Positions 30,001 through 32,395 are shown, numbered from the stretch's first letter. The stretch is DNA of 64,000 nucleotides from Candidatus Omnitrophota bacterium (GCA_026387475.1 JAPLLN010000049.1:16556-80555), one strand, 5' to 3'. Notes: generated by a model from the sequence alone, not told the origin. Numbers and translations are program-made.

Positions 30001-31990
30001 CATCGGCGCTGGTTGTGGCCAACATTCTACTATTCTCCCAGGCTTCTATGGCACTGTTTGAATCCTGAAATACGGGAACGTTTATGCCGTTAGCATTTGC
30101 ATAATTAGCTACCTGAATATCAGGATAGAAATCGGAACGGTGGGCATACGCATTATTTGCCGGCAGGATTTCCGCATCTCCGTTACTAATTAGATTACGT
30201 AAAGGCACAACTCTTGATGGGGTTAGATCGTTTACATCACTATATATATTTACATTATCTCCGACTAATTTTACCCTACCACCCGCGGGAGTCATCCCGG
30301 CAACCCTACCTTGATTCCAAAGTTCTTGCAAGTTGCTGTCTGTTAAAGAAGACACTGCTGGTATTTGCGTTTCTTGCTGTGGCTGTATAACCTGCTGTAT
30401 CTCCTGCGGCGCCTGCACAGGCATTGCAATGGACTGCGTCAAATCGTTAGGATATCTATCCGCGATCCTTTCAGTTGCCAGCTCTCTGACAGGAAGGCCG
30501 TTATTGTATTCAATGTAACGGAAATCAGCACCCTGCGGGATGGTTGTCGAACCCGTGAAGTTAGCCGAGAGATCGACCGGCAAAGAAGGTAAAGAAGTAA
30601 CCGGCTGCTGAAGCGAGAGCGACGGCTGAATGGACATCGGCTGCGAAGCTAAATTTGACGAAATGGGTTGAGCTAAAGGCGCATTAAAATTGTTAAGTTG
30701 ATTATTGAAGTTAAAATCAGCCATATTCTGGTTAAGCGGGTTGGACAAAGATGCAGTGGAGTCAAAGTTATTCATCGCGGGATTATTGATGTTATTAATA
30801 AAATCCATCCCGACTGCGCCCGTGAGGCCCAGCGGAGTGTTAACCAAACTAAGTGAGCCATCGAAACTAGGCATTGCCGTAGGTACAACTGTGCCTGCCC
30901 CGATCATCCCAGGAGCATCATAAGTCGGGGCAAATTGCGCTCCAAAATCGGCAACAAATGGTTGGCTTGCCATCTCATCCATGGCTTGGAATGACTGCTG
31001 ATCTGCCTGGTTCCAATCGCTCTGCGAGCCGTTATCTACGGCAAACACTCCTTCGCCTTCCTCATCCGCGCCCATGACCTTCTTAGCTTCTGCCTCGCTT
31101 AATGCTTCCATCCCTGCCCCCAGTTTCTCCACCAGGGCGTTTCCGGAGAACTTCTCCTGGAACTTATCCAAAGGCAGATACTTTTCAGTATGGTTATCGC
31201 TGTAATAAACCTTGCCATCGCTGACGCGGGTGACTAAAACGTAGTGGCCGGGATTAAGGTGGGCAATAAATGGTGTCAGCTCTTGTATATTGGATGTCAG
31301 GATCTTGACCGCATAAAGCTTGTGGTTAAAGAATTCGCCGGCGCGGGATAATGCGTATAATGAGTTCTTGATGACCTTGGGATTACCTTCCGGCTTGACC
31401 ACATCATTTAAAATATCGGTAGTCAGGGCAAAGACCGCGATATCCTGCTCCTGCACCTGCGCGCCCTTATAACCCAGATAATCAAAAAGGGCCCTTGAAC
31501 CGCAGGGCTTGCCCATCAACCAGTTGTAAATCTCTTCTATTCTGGCTTTGGATATATTTAACGGCTTGTCTAATTGTATGGTCAGGGTAGGTGAAAGCTG
31601 TATTGAAGTTATTTTCTTTCCGGATATTTCAGTGAGGATATTTTTGATCGCCAGAGGGACTGCGATATCGTGCTGCCCGCCCGGGATGACAGGAGCGAGA
31701 GAATAATTAAGCCCAGGCTTCTGCCAGAGAACGCGCCAGTCATACTCCATTGCCTGCGCCGGGATCTCCGGTAAAAAAACAGCCACCACGATAAAGGCGA
31801 CTATTCTTATCCAGGTCTTGAAGCTGGATTTGAAAGGAGCCTTCTCTTCGTGCTGGCCGATCTCGCCTTCTGGGTTTGTGGTCTTCACTTTTTCCATATT
31901 AGTATTATTACCTATATGCAAAGAGGGGAAAAACAGTTTTCCCCTTACCCCAGCTTCTTCATTATGAGCTTCGTGATTTTCGGTCGTCAT
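1..31990 (-). CDS. Giant multidomain (polyprotein-like) membrane/secreted protein, >10,600 aa, 3'-partial (runs off window). Start at ATG 31990 or ATG 31897
   Basis: Manual translation of the minus frame (forward triplets starting at positions = 2 mod 3) at many points from 31990 to 2 gave stop-free, motif-rich protein. The nearest upstream in-frame stop is at 32027-32029. The ORF track lists no same-frame minus ORF here, as expected for an ORF with no stop in the window. The N-terminus contains KTWIRIVAFIVVAVFLPEIPAQAMEYDWRVLW. Confidence 0.93.
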   Translation of the reverse strand, partial: MTTENHEAHNEEAGVRGKLFFPSLHIGNNTNMEKVKTTNPEGEIGQHEEKAPFKSSFKTWIRIVAFIVVAVFLPEIPAQAMEYDWRVLWQKPGLNYSLAPVIPGGQHDIAVPLAIKNILTEISGKKITSIQLSPTLTIQLDKPLNISKARIEEIYNWLMGKPCGSRALFDYLGYKGAQVQEQDIAVFALTTDILNDVVKPEGNPKVIKNSLYALSRAGEFFNHKLYAVKILTSNIQELTPFIAHLNPGHYVLVTRVSDGKVYYSDNHTEKYLPLDKFQEKFSGNALVEKLGAGMEALSEAEAKKVMGADEEGEGVFAVDNGSQSDWNQADQQSFQAMDEMASQPFVADFGAQFAPTYDAPGMIGAGTVVPTAMPSFDGSLSLVNTPLGLTGAVGMDFINNINNPAMNNFDSTASLSNPLNQNMADFNFNNQLNNFNAPLAQPISSNLASQPMSIQPSLSLQQPVTSLPSLPVDLSANFTGSTTIPQGADFRYIEYNNGLPVRELATERIADRYPNDLTQSIAMPVQAPQEIQQVIQPQQETQIPAVSSLTDSNLQELWNQGRVAGMTPAGGRVKLVGDNVNIYSDVNDLTPSRVVPLRNLISNGDAEILPANNAYAHRSDFYPDIQVANYANANGINVPVFQDSNSAIEAWENSRMLATTSADGTPVTWRMMLKEGGILEPQIQTIGGINVIQDTPHVLTFTHNMANPNVLFGTGLYQDERGGLWYGNHDNSAWRMVNPNQVMFSLRNGSATPGQLTVGDTTINMPSSRWWKTSEPLPFSALNLAVGRNAEDRIFAYGESQNKTDHAINFRMLNSLQQGKVGPESSAEDIAKAAVLSPGRYTIDNPKWFIFNNRDQLAITLNPGDSIGYIGGAPSAQNNDLVSPAANRIGKDYVNYFGMNFSNIAQAGQSYSAVKNGLQVTGVMPERAFIKVEDIQNKLISSIGPGAIAKNPLIHIHGEQFTADGISTLTDQKIQFKTPVVGYEGGVVPFTSLSRNIAGVDIKPVPFYSTGRSRDIAFNSKYWSGETVIRTIDSNGSIAINREPIQMLGIQFGLNPQGRYESPRNFTTFASTNLLLPQGKYTSGIGAETGTPLSYENYVLGSLSKYSDKINIFSGTMQVSWNGLLAKDLPGAKYYTPGTPERYSWAGYEKGINFWDHKIGGEGITIVSATAKNPLGFEPIGAKNTWVADKLLDKMSGSWVSYQNKNLQESFQRKVDIDHWVKVYEGSLSGKSFRGWNTYTDALAQQYLRRNEYSPATYNESNKIKEYAVMRDGRSATALAFIFPETWSFAPGNSKTEGKGGSALALAIHGAVRVTDRVMPGSSDIIISRGEVPLAFQINNGKATFDNSLLWADYSWHTVGASAERVNRGTVTVKDKNGLTRQDTVWGLNDSKLIAFFRSDKGVVTRIGNGTFEINSKDSFGITPLAGQNIQAVVTDGRKKYVGGPDNQLLWLNLGKDKNTGFDVSIGQRLVIDHTKNLYEVVLGSGGKPVAEKGQTKWNWNRENSEIEGKYFSQAVAKYGTQEFRNAVAEVRVYGYGNYYQGTDSTPLPALKIAGEVFSFANGVLPSSGTSGNGTIHVDEGAVRLTSEPAFKYEHTGSLATFSNGLGLLGFGTDPKTGEINSVNTTPLWADNAEHRVLGGVSLYEKGKIQLQDINGVNTTYATVQGVDNRNLIALSRTADGIITTVGNGIFTIESRQRFGVRPENGEHIQAVVTNPKPRTAELSWKIIPDSFSDSRKVGVHGKALIDFTQDLYEVKLGANGKPVLAVDAKTGKLVLDKAGLPVIDWGINYKNSEIEGRYYSWTGHFNLNNKNEYTPIGDYRTAEARIYGYGEYKQGNDALPTLKIAGDVFSFANGLSSEGGNKGGVISVEQGSVILNDMPAYQYWERTSKATLSRGIGMLGFGVDPKTGEINSINTVPLWSEGARHKFNENPVWINNSQRVYSNNVEFKNDAKTGLGLFSTDGKPVNVIATQLRLNDGTLLTPVFGEYKFTVDNNGKQKVASFTDFRQDLSSGVVLRYTTDDKGNIKFDKVTGKVGDKYIESSSIHLQTPLGSIYKVKLEDGTESLLNPKGARIAEADINTLHRLSVMNLESMRAFLQKTDMDTLPNQLQGGLRGVLEKIKNSPTLDGIDRNQLHQLSQVLASLGLDLSDKVDLQKPDSGKVNCVIAAYRYARIRETLGLDPVGVVLMFGHMRPLDIELTIQTVKNDGDKDAKLAAYKAVGYDENSKVTVILNGKVTDVRLGDFIGNESAYSGFNTIAAVKIEQAKDAAVKGNFDYAYKLASEAMAQDPNLRSTASFIGVLETYQNNKDKGATLAVANVNGSIQFKLTWNNAVTEAAASAPLTDAPLSVYAPKGLDLKLDNGNLNLQFNGRDVQAVANVSNKKGENFTVVRVVDASGATQLIALDDKGAVVDSNSAKIAINSFIATQTDKYIQLISSTALDISQDNFWNTRFLYNALDKLISGGTKDQAVALRGKAIDQSILYTKYLGLVKQGKYEEALAFVNQNASIFTIGHLDDVAAKAVDLAVSAPTLLAGMNGAYKLLFLAPLWPVARATPVLTTTWIALGGATGAAEVAAKGGNAEQIFAGALAGQVGGLDTALAIGGIVKGVGSGIGFVRKIYTALRTTTQGVTVIEAALSGAEATVATIGTGGAVGRTAVNVVKWGVPLLTVSGLASGVADLKYFTDGQMMKAAYISGKGGADVSGGNVWRDYSRSVASLFASAGSYIIGDRESGEVYSNIAGGFHKSYNKSLTDKVSYVEGIPYAGWVLGMPAQMVRSLPGFASFLPNTVRDVAQLTSEGWASGQSWYGSMALAGLGFAQGNAKNAFAMISFATSIGDAGLHFLEGGAKDSGRFYQGYLADQIKGGLLGQTISDWVDPTGKGNIVPQRTYESISYAIGNMLLLAPGARAATGRGRGEGEAGGGETGTAGKILNVYQEGVGAALMPTNVMIAFSKAPYTMTGDVSRGDTLSQAEGRAVGQMAAATIPNESKRKEFFVNNPDLSPRGNVREGDVVPLTDRATGESSGEIKYTKVDHNGRPTEGIFTNADGETSRVSISGNGSFSPIYQVGGVVPLRDSTGNPAGEVKYTRLGNDGKPVEGVVTNTAGVSQRVSIDSKGALNPIYQVGDTVAVHGPDGVKIGDVVVTAVGPHNEPVSGDLSGRPVVFNQDGSIRIEQPVVSPVSAPSIARRVVENFYGPARPGEEGLYNEFAQHLATGNHEGLVGVANRLTGVTPEADGSRNRNEAGVTEDGNRGYTRQLLDVYRETAALQASPPAPGMGGGTVRIAGNLPTRGRLDIPLNDPSTVDINNQGSMASGGKSFVDPSAVRVNNQGEITGKGNSSVIDSNVEVNVAPGASLEVRGDANLTGQKVRVDVGPGERVVVDNTKAKPAAPVSAPKVEASAPAAPAPAPEVEAPKPSRVKINARDGKFSVVISDGKFSVVIKDDRGTPIVEARGDAQNPTEAAIKALQGAAEAHRNDAHSYIVLEIEAAIAQLRAPAEGKPATEVKVTNPSVLAPKGLEPINMERLDSELAAKPELNTCFVEIKSAFLDMKTKGGSVLVASLDRVEAQLKIIQASNPHPDSEIAKAAREFQEAIAEARGRLASAGSELKPLQALIEQKPQEGASRDEKIAYYNRLAQEVGKLRQSKEPGTIRLVEKVDALINGHIRVMELFRDFEIFTEATKSKPNETLSVYLDRVEPAVKAFRDKHGTEIASNPNIGRALAEIDGVVKQGRQTLASAAAAPASAKPAAPAVIFDAAQTRVLKSVLKAQGKQREELLARLNAQAEKLQKEADGFFIWPSSREQKQAEAAKFKAFVEEINRQLTEAKPTTPTFKDGRVGGRGREVSAGDLKAHLDARGVRYLGTDAQGVDHYIALGDALILGKHSGVGGLDINGRPLVVITEGVYNAARKGDADAKWTVHHEIIEALGRLTYNLENATPGQLGDIGGAVHWEGPLGREYEQRVRDTWQMPVLRGRELTLLEHQATLNAQAPAPALTFRQRAVAALERVIPSRWLYKLESNGRAVIVYPTREADHNGAFRSPAPFAESLSRNGYTVTAGRVGGVDALIARVKAETADGPAQVIVIGGHGTSESVKLSSSSELNLSNVGRLREISDRLAQGGVIVLESCSTGEGKGAADNMANRLREIFPHASRILAPTEVSRANSLIFNRDGNVVGMRHVSNVVGEAIERIATPKITSTGTDSAREILGRSDNNVVKEAVSLNDSNKGEPEVEIGWAGRIPVRTRLGNLLDRAAGSPELTDIGRVNNLSARLDSLIHRDAYDAAKPDAPERAVRVEQPVDTLPIINEGLPKPIFAERMFGFENGAKPDADRLGKVTADVEKILGRLNLPTLLLIARAKNNEEVKYGGGVIRKAKTLTVDQAIRDRAAEIFGEKAVNENQKLMKEALRKAYRKGDPSNPFAPFKNENQQRLARNLADFAKRYSLSPDGKVYSLQELQDAGKSSASVVMFLALLEAGKLGNTERLIILEGSYQHANQTLGLISKALNNMGKGRLIGRVEFTDKGIQGDIKGKKIVVVVDEDLKHLTGIREKDVAADTLLQKLAKNGLLIHTDWAEEPALQISKPGKGSFAVKEQDKEAQFKLRDKAQKFMDSLFGSSTATENGEYAALRTRLVEAEDNGKPVLQELRVTHINDALLKQFLQEEKVESLSELRTKPDGLKKIAALLANAGARVKISGLDYFIDYDGAIIPLPENGKAHRVRTSNIMEAVADAAILAEKSRDAGVDWGKGVEVSDVQVQERGARITTEEVLNAAQKLGLKATLLLSGPQTAEDMATLDAMVGVELVGKPLIPDLKHLTARERVFVGNMPTQDLMNRYDQQAESKGRNEVIGDTQKDANWNETRVAFVADTSWTRIILEPNGEYRIARPGESWNKAKKMEDGDLPIKEQIANLLDSRNGLKVKVLISRAYAYGIDFADIPTAYAPIQRTIADSKSTTKEIDQMSKRVRPANGKGFDSIDRELTIRGVDSRTDIEVLFAENQRESSKRERYQKAMDAIFESPYKFNNEIIGADSSIRREVEKAHEVWQKDDAEWQFQNLRGAEQLTTDTMNNAVNHGQERLVKFWTEHYDSLNKKAQRILDKYLFNTDKANPELVEEAQTKAVRHQKTPEQVKRTLDFKFDKPEDYPYMAPAFYKGGYTVAAQDKGVPGTKIGPARVSELSPERQAALGSLPTEVQARIFQGDFLLANGGLNHTMQYLQRLPTVSREALNGFLPSIGMPEPNNQISLVAQKSEDSDREAFELALALVQAGKVDFTNYNQQNVDSLLWASNIVAPFNGRLNLAGDNFDRSLRALQVGALTPAEFVQGNLVGSNRGLARALDKVNADYDTNLFKAGNLRDLQKVADKVKVPVVELMPLVIPNLGPLQLIIYRETFSLLSEYARPRALKKLSIWEYVQLVSDPLARAQFLSGVLSGGNPIAREGAKALIAFMGSRGTVKKTDLIYYAEHPEEIALRVDQNIRTVKKLAAAIKQILPMLASLPGESVPYTVVAKVAGKVLGGDAHLGLRQLGINPEFEYGLKFDQVEEFENDPDNKMNKEVRDAFVRLLQPDFIASLISGDNDIFNLSEAINFVNNRIKAAGAPSAELAKALSDLQALNNNSPFYRVFKALEPVLRAIASEAVELGKAVVRRDMGPNWDAGKPITVKIVPSGQLKGPNNRTTTAQASPVSAADGSVIGYNVSIDALANFAFRVKDDALVAETNLLGHFNFGKGAHELYHIGVSNIRGDATKIGEPAAQARYAGILAKIKSLRAGEEIKNVEFNIKELSVNEVITKHYSLIAAARAAENDFALQATERTALTGGYVGYANKVMQTRLNTDKAVKALNDMANQDELGLLARVYEENEREKAIGEAEQGVDATSMIKSPEQVAGIKGASETGARVMQAAVAAVLAHEAGKPLSKKDIKVLISGDPAQHINGLLQNEGASAVGFGSGVTVTVLNSKDIERIITEIDNNKASSVNVDIEPNDDLIDLTGDIVVIDFGAQKGEYNNDMTRAFWVGPVPKQGDAKQTLYQKYESMYQVSLKGRQAAVDFINQEMAAGRAPQVGQVKEAIKAAFAGNKYYLDKYSWGHFTGLAGHEGLFSDETELKPGMIFTIEPLVAGVRSEDTFLLNKDGLVSLSGEPNASLDTQSGASSPMKEVAELALKLLKAQAGGNGPRQGVPGEGNGGSQQPTRPVIPVLPASSPTRLPITVGSVVGLLGSSAIAATASSAIILPRFEAMNALSGTINIAGTVGGFANARGPGGITLAAAVSSPAGRGSKIERKNSTDIIASMQQASSSIVDGSRITLQENVVPVGSGSANQNSRGARSATQNRLNLGSGKSGNGGATGASNQGVEKPGLSGRINNRLHNSIPGNPVKITTGLDPPAGTKSQSLPILSSSSEALSFASSPTFGSLVTTILKTFNQPLIGLFLTVAGIIGTIAAKVVMGGDVTTLLQGMTLVLAFLTTILMQGGVPCAEITLALSLLTSLLLLPMALSLDVLKSAATPTISSLGAMVACELKVANSGLTSTLASQILSNSGLKAPMAASPLTELTVSLSNNIGKEAVSSPVLILVVDDNPHDAYFAIRGVRKLLEASGITATFEEASSLGTAVTRIKDQNKPKFDLVISDFHLLGPTALTLLKEAPEIKDIMVIRSVGLFGDTAEAGVQRAAVEATGVPYVTKADKDCVLLFEIIKGIGKVKVILDQKKKDASSPAALTEVASKLWVLCLHGPNMQGTEFNLRIAALKTRLARFEDDITTIINPDVVDWKAVKAYYGFIGLEVPLNRENYVLHVVNEGVGALFGFPITDDAKDLENLVSAISYFSPDGKSHIYFTRSFYEDYLSISYRMLAPDRRAIEMKRWAEIFANLHNSYAHDNNISLGACFAQGITRLSPYHRWAIDMLAVTQKGREYLGAMLNEQGQCPNAGVQAEYGARFYGYIKNVLNSERQKFSESVQRDAHHLMNVYQDGNRDDFCKLCLQSLLYKIDDLLTKILGIEEGHVYKAMMNFVPERRISASAEFVVEVDPNLNIVRKTPKNPAECSIELGSYILMQERLGGLTAPFVLLSDGKIYQEKVRTILHYLVDLSEGKGIFAYLGNGNFERKYAIGVDILRKAYEIYIEMARRGVIVSDNKFHNFGVNVDGNVVLLDLGVSSSQLTRNRKDSTHPLDPITEDEIGDAMLGAYHNALLLSRITVIDDLETGKPFEISNVELLGKLGGAWAKEWMNMLTAGKKDSHDAPEEFPAEVAEHFGVELTRGFKQSPDFASEKRKITFIPSVQAREDILVLIMNLLARARLGEEGVRGGDSVQGLLPLGQAEASMGTGSADKTSSPLNSVETKVGAAVAGLSMSRRQFIGATTMFALGGTSLISGCGKENRRKVTVFIIDSGTLSTFGIGLSHSFGEKYMGDTKYDLKTQLWDSLLKITEPKYGNNFLVPFNSIFFYNFGGHLNGTLVAKVIRERNNDCEIIPINISAVGDSGVIVGIKNSKDFSSIKEGVRNELLNLLRNYSIKQGSKDYYWRNYGELYRWSLEKGNKRFEDIVEIFAICTKLESMHLEFNRDRFLRSLKMVLDFKNSNPTLPVIINTSFYEYNEDENAHELIRQLQSKGVVVIAANGGDNMDIPVYPAAYKEVIAVAGLDSRGECKAKFSNYGSYVSVAAPSTVNIAANLRYPFIPVVRIDASAFIFAAPQVSALAANLLSLDHSLASSEAINVIIDTATPLKDSYFLEGKLGKGCVNPEKAIKVIKDRVASRRTNSSSPVSVGTTLKTKLTTKNGSVLVWHASLLIGFIYTLKYFMPVLRVAISEYLAPLAVKLAPTVPAILLLPTILLGIFLIAGVMVGIALLARDIKNIRAGKDARIFYGLGLAAFKLDKTEALALRAVHNKEYQTPKSSLYVAVNKIFKTPLPLVTAVTFAVLTALSTSVSLSAVLTAAAMGLGIRYLVEVVWNFFWDYTWRYLDYADFARSYLAGDQEIKQKVDKEAALFGEEIVLAGAKRYAIKATATKLALFAPTVSGIVRFAAGRGLMIFVSSVFANNVLMVLGLPLHVNDSLYWGLPHTLSEFIRLASIVMGLKLISIKSTYNSLQDILAKNRYNSNRVTTDARRLLDAFKNKEVSGDLVRDMLEQGIVNAGGRPGLVKLMEQRFMAAKKPFLNRFNNKITYRLAPAVLALAFTLTSPLALLAYLAVVARHPSESWNIYKAGQGVGVAIARHYANQGHPYLAQWLLEGSRFGNSFWYMSLIGAEIAAVINIGHEMANYQSSVPMLQDAVRLVGEPINVIAMALEDTQHNLGAISWGQLEAALIYNITGIDILGIATDAMGYLLSPLAALTGPNAGAAEEIPVAPVPVPAVTNTNNIPAAKVVPPSNIIVTPDLTQTGKVASVETNAAHRLAGPVMATGPPGIIERFMNLFSGLRQTTTNLVAAATITTNVLTAPIITPTNSVELVTQPATNIVQITDAKIKADENRVAVKALIKAEDANASLNVPGAPGEILPPVSHKLVNKPISHEVRPRETLYSIAAKYNVQWRDIFKYNMHIFNEHSNRLVIGQRLNIVGDAQQAPVSLPAAKPAVQARSVTPQAVDQAVEAANKKLADARQELDWYKFREQDQLNAIEKLAKDRAEMVKRLAANPLKVKLVASIDALDKSYNALISEIRKDRQVTQAKVMELEAKVAGLPTPEAIKATKALSQYMNAFSLDKRLAVTDRNKRLEALKDQLGELKKSLQQNKTDKKLREIWANLVLSHPDDPRLMETLVTYDAALAIIDCVEGGEFEHAASMIEIYQKYYLGKFGLPNGISLRFGEVWEKKQDAGQNAWFGNSIARYLYYKNNYTAQDTAFVNFAWQLADYLMGLQNTDPRSPAYGGLRTFRIDEYGKERLSTYYSTEQSVSSRAFLNNLIKLLREKGSALGIRNSPELIRRLEWTIGDKDGRYGINHFIRNSLAYKEYVSEIFGIQTTLIDHRVRRWYLARGFEETKNRFDDTFASDIAPWLVLSTENANDVERLLGVRGVNASRLLHDTIQEARVRRIKYNERYVGGLDYTNDEGRLAARRGNKGLDGVEVATGRTEGREKEDGRMVSPEFTLSMVAALRKIGDNTIADQLTREVEGTANEDGTFPYATGFGKPTGHDWFTPLGKKSLASTMWYGFTQSRTNPMILGTRMDKPVGALNEFRHRAFDPGKAEVLLTHMHNYINNSLVDLQKKIEMARKLKADDPRTQFVLFDISLNLHYLGGSIIHNFNFGGGLTGGIGANGLLGDAASVALAAEGIASGTAYPPLAAYYIMDKLCEWTYQRHFMNRELREGGLIYPQRNKNGFHLNIFSPGINFGKVGIGVDVPEFEIDGERWIVPDPVQPLEKLFNKFYPVVVIESEDLRMMYFEAIYNPQPDCSYFQLRWGEAKIIIRYNYKTHKRDFAVQERYFVKGAEKYLTAYGLMQEDKTMPSILSVEALNNGPRYLIGMTQKFGAATDDYTGKVSYIESPMDMGFAIEESTSTPYPLYHDPLRHRKIIPSYASAALDAALRAQQPIISKDKNLPSVLRAPVMKIICLTRSFYSFNRSDLDRLPTVTLKSDQEIELEKGSFPLKRGTVLIWQEPFAEWHMVQGKRVLIPAVVEFGDKKAYGNSVSIGGEIRDEQDHPLFTIPDQRNLTWDTYKKFWTDWANDPERKNELKRYIRLPQIAIPDVKIERIATPQTAGVGVRKWAEYKLYVGMMSGDQGMAQANASYQSVSISPATVLKTMFKLAPQTAFDQNGYVIVRPSKFSDITTQEITKFFNSKLLGKQDIVSVPEFKERGERLKTSRGVFADGTIGRVLNWAPLNEEHIAALDSGLGLGYGLDGKTIRILNPIDLAKTSILENEVALAAVNQKIKAYGMELRRGPKYITLVVNRPGLYQVIECPKEMNEALVLIDGDFVGFVQPGLKYINDIAPRLISGLAAVQDRNAGLEYMNAQDLTDALIRGFVRGNQVKDYKGRPVIDANGRIAYSYELVNYKGKNGKLVLGLEGKLLMLELGREFYTMPIGGNRGSFRMFTEREMAVLLAGRVLPDGFRANISTVYVKGEPALAVLYERGMTAERSNFNKKGYALIGVPEEALRAQVDFTKGTLKTGNKPVVALSNVPDPLRGTLRTRLTREMVVDLHTDRNNPVYSIHNPYPGNRHPETNESGAWYPWFIDSNFNEVRDAYEEVLWYRNASFNSELGKSLKKRGFNPLLTSYVNGATIEFNKLGDEVMNDIRAEHLMVRMPKLTDAELANGIAGKGYFVLPNDVYKNYAEFAKKFDSGEIRLLRLGASGYRLLRLYMKGSPKDSVYQENLGMVYDRDDMPFATRMSAREWKPEFAGKEISNLYAYNPVTGEEGELIGWAVVFKTRVALNGGKEHDVVLYVPRNDYKGKVLKARAVTIETYGEGDETGRIDLNKKTIALIQRDSQNNETGSETRDYPELGGKLGVIRFRSYVTPKTVIYPGLDGKPMTVMVVEDRGYVKGTKFEENRDKGKVIRRYGIETNPGEETVQFFGRPLVVNGIQMSGMAVIDFGEKTNEGLSLKRKYYYNDNGFYVRSGSALTEKNLKDVVAWIDESSQKIKGHEDWIMVIEFSPDRKTIVSARIVSSEGEERISVIFDSKKTRKGETVLKVAYLLDKSIPETTLSLPFLRQDISGFDFININVVAGLARMNVSDLTLFDKSNHEVNISDARSAKTKQGAR
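4600..5850 (-). other. Six-hairpin (alpha/alpha)6 glycosidase-like domain of the giant protein
   Basis: TYDAALAII, AGQNAW, YSTEQ, VSPEFT, PYATG..TGHDW..SLASTMW..NP resemble uncharacterised six-hairpin glycosidases. Recognised by eye only. Confidence 0.55.
6400..6545 (-). other. LysM domain of the giant protein
   Basis: HEVRPRETLYSIAAKYNVQWEDIFKYN...RLVIGQRLNI. Confidence 0.88.
8880..10003 (-). other. Subtilase (S8)-like domain with degenerate triad, preceded by an internal Tat/lipoprotein signal
   Basis: MSRRQFIGATTMFALGGTSLISGC; VFIIDSG; HLNGTLVAK; VVIAANGG; YPAAYKEVIAVA; KFSNYGSYVSVAAP; AFIFAAPQVSA. Confidence 0.85.
10450..11000 (-). other. Protein-kinase-like domain of the giant protein
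   Basis: IVRKTPK, IYQEKV, RRGVIVSDNKFHNFG (DxKxxN) and VVLLDLG. Confidence 0.7.
11930..12330 (-). other. Response-regulator receiver domain of the giant protein
   Basis: ILVVDDNP...FDLVISDFHL...YVTK (acidic pair, phospho-acceptor Asp, Lys). Confidence 0.8.
13620..14230 (-). other. M24B Xaa-Pro aminopeptidase-like domain of the giant protein
   Basis: GDIVVIDFGAQKGEYNNDMTR, GHFTGLAGHE, LKPGMIFTIEP and GVRSEDT supply the D/D/H/E/E metal ligands. Confidence 0.88.
16950..18760 (-). other. Degenerate SecA-like DEAD motor region of the giant protein
   Basis: Motifs in SecA order: NQ..LQELQDAGKSS (cf. AEMxTGEGKT), PALQIS (cf. PLIIS), DYFIDYDGAIIPLPENGK (cf. DYIVxDGEVxIVDExTGR), LLSG, ISRAYAYGIDF (cf. 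ATNMAGRGTDI), EIDQMSKRVR (cf. IDNQLRGRAGR). Confidence 0.6.
19530..19960 (-). other. Caspase-hemoglobinase-fold (clan CD-like) His/Cys peptidase domain of the giant protein
   Basis: VIVIGGHGT (about 19740) and GVIVLESCSTG (Cys 19622-19624), each preceded by a hydrophobic beta strand. Confidence 0.7.
26190..27590 (-). repeat. Internal tandem duplication of a beta-rich module (period about 870 nt) in the giant protein
   Basis: Two copies of NSEIEG[KR]Y..E[VA]R[VI]YGYG..LP.LKIAG[ED]VFSFANG..LGFG[TV]DPKTGEINS[VI]NT.PLW; shared DNA 'cctgttttcggatca' near 26265 and 27137. Confidence 0.9.
31130..31520 (-). other. C39 peptidase domain of the giant protein
   Basis: KPCGSRAL (Cys 31502-31504), PFIAHLNPGHYVLV (His 31244-31246), VYYSD (Asp 31196-31198) and FQEKFSGNAL match the C39 catalytic layout. 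Confidence 0.88.
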
Positions 31991-32043
31991 ATTGGAAAAG
32001 TTTTTATTTAGTATTTGTAAAACTATTTATTAAGCCATTAAAT

Positions 32044-32095
32044 AAAAAAACCGAGCTGTAGAATCCACAACTTACGTCGGTATTCGGCAGCCCGG
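32044..32095 (-). terminator. Intrinsic terminator (expression platform) overlapping the riboswitch 3' end
   Basis: Minus strand CCGGGCTG-CCGAAT...ATTC-TA-CAGCTCGG followed by TTTTTTT. Confidence 0.8.
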
Positions 32096-32175
32096 CCATC
32101 CTAAAACTACACCAAAATTTTTTGAGGACCCGTGGCTTTGCGCCCCTGCTTTTCAGCAGGTTTGCCCTTATCGTT
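32083..32175 (-). ncRNA. c-di-GMP-I (GEMM) riboswitch upstream of the giant gene
   Basis: Minus strand AGGGCAAACCTGCT-GAAA-AGCAGGGGCGCAAAGCCACGGGTCCT...AGGATGGCCGGGCTGCCGAA matches the GEMM consensus (GGCAAA, GAAA tetraloop, CGCAAAGCC, CCGGG.T.CCG). Confidence 0.92.
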
Positions 32176-32209
32176 TTCCGTGGCTTTACTCTGTATCAAT
32201 TACATTTAA

Positions 32210-32237
32210 AGTATATAATATAATCCGTCGCTGTCAA
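32210..32237 (-). promoter_or_regulatory. Sigma70 promoter for the riboswitch/giant gene
   Basis: TTGACA-N16-TATACT. Confidence 0.75.
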
Positions 32238-32395
32238 GTAAAAATGTGAGTATTTTTGGTAGCGTTTTCTTTCCGGGAATTGATGTTAATGCAGTGATTT
32301 GAAGGGCTTTGCTTCCAGCCAAAAAACGCTGAGATCTTAAGTTTCAATCGAAGGAACTCCTCCCCAACCGATCGTTAAAATACCCTGATAAAGGC

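Noticed and set aside
63-30923. Dozens of short plus-strand ORFs and the minus ORF 12360-12614
   Set aside because: They are antisense or off-frame shadows of the giant minus-strand ORF and show no recognisable motifs.
1-31990. Alternative genetic code or stop read-through as the explanation of the long ORF
   Set aside because: No in-frame stops were met in the segments translated, and neighbouring genes end in standard stop codons.
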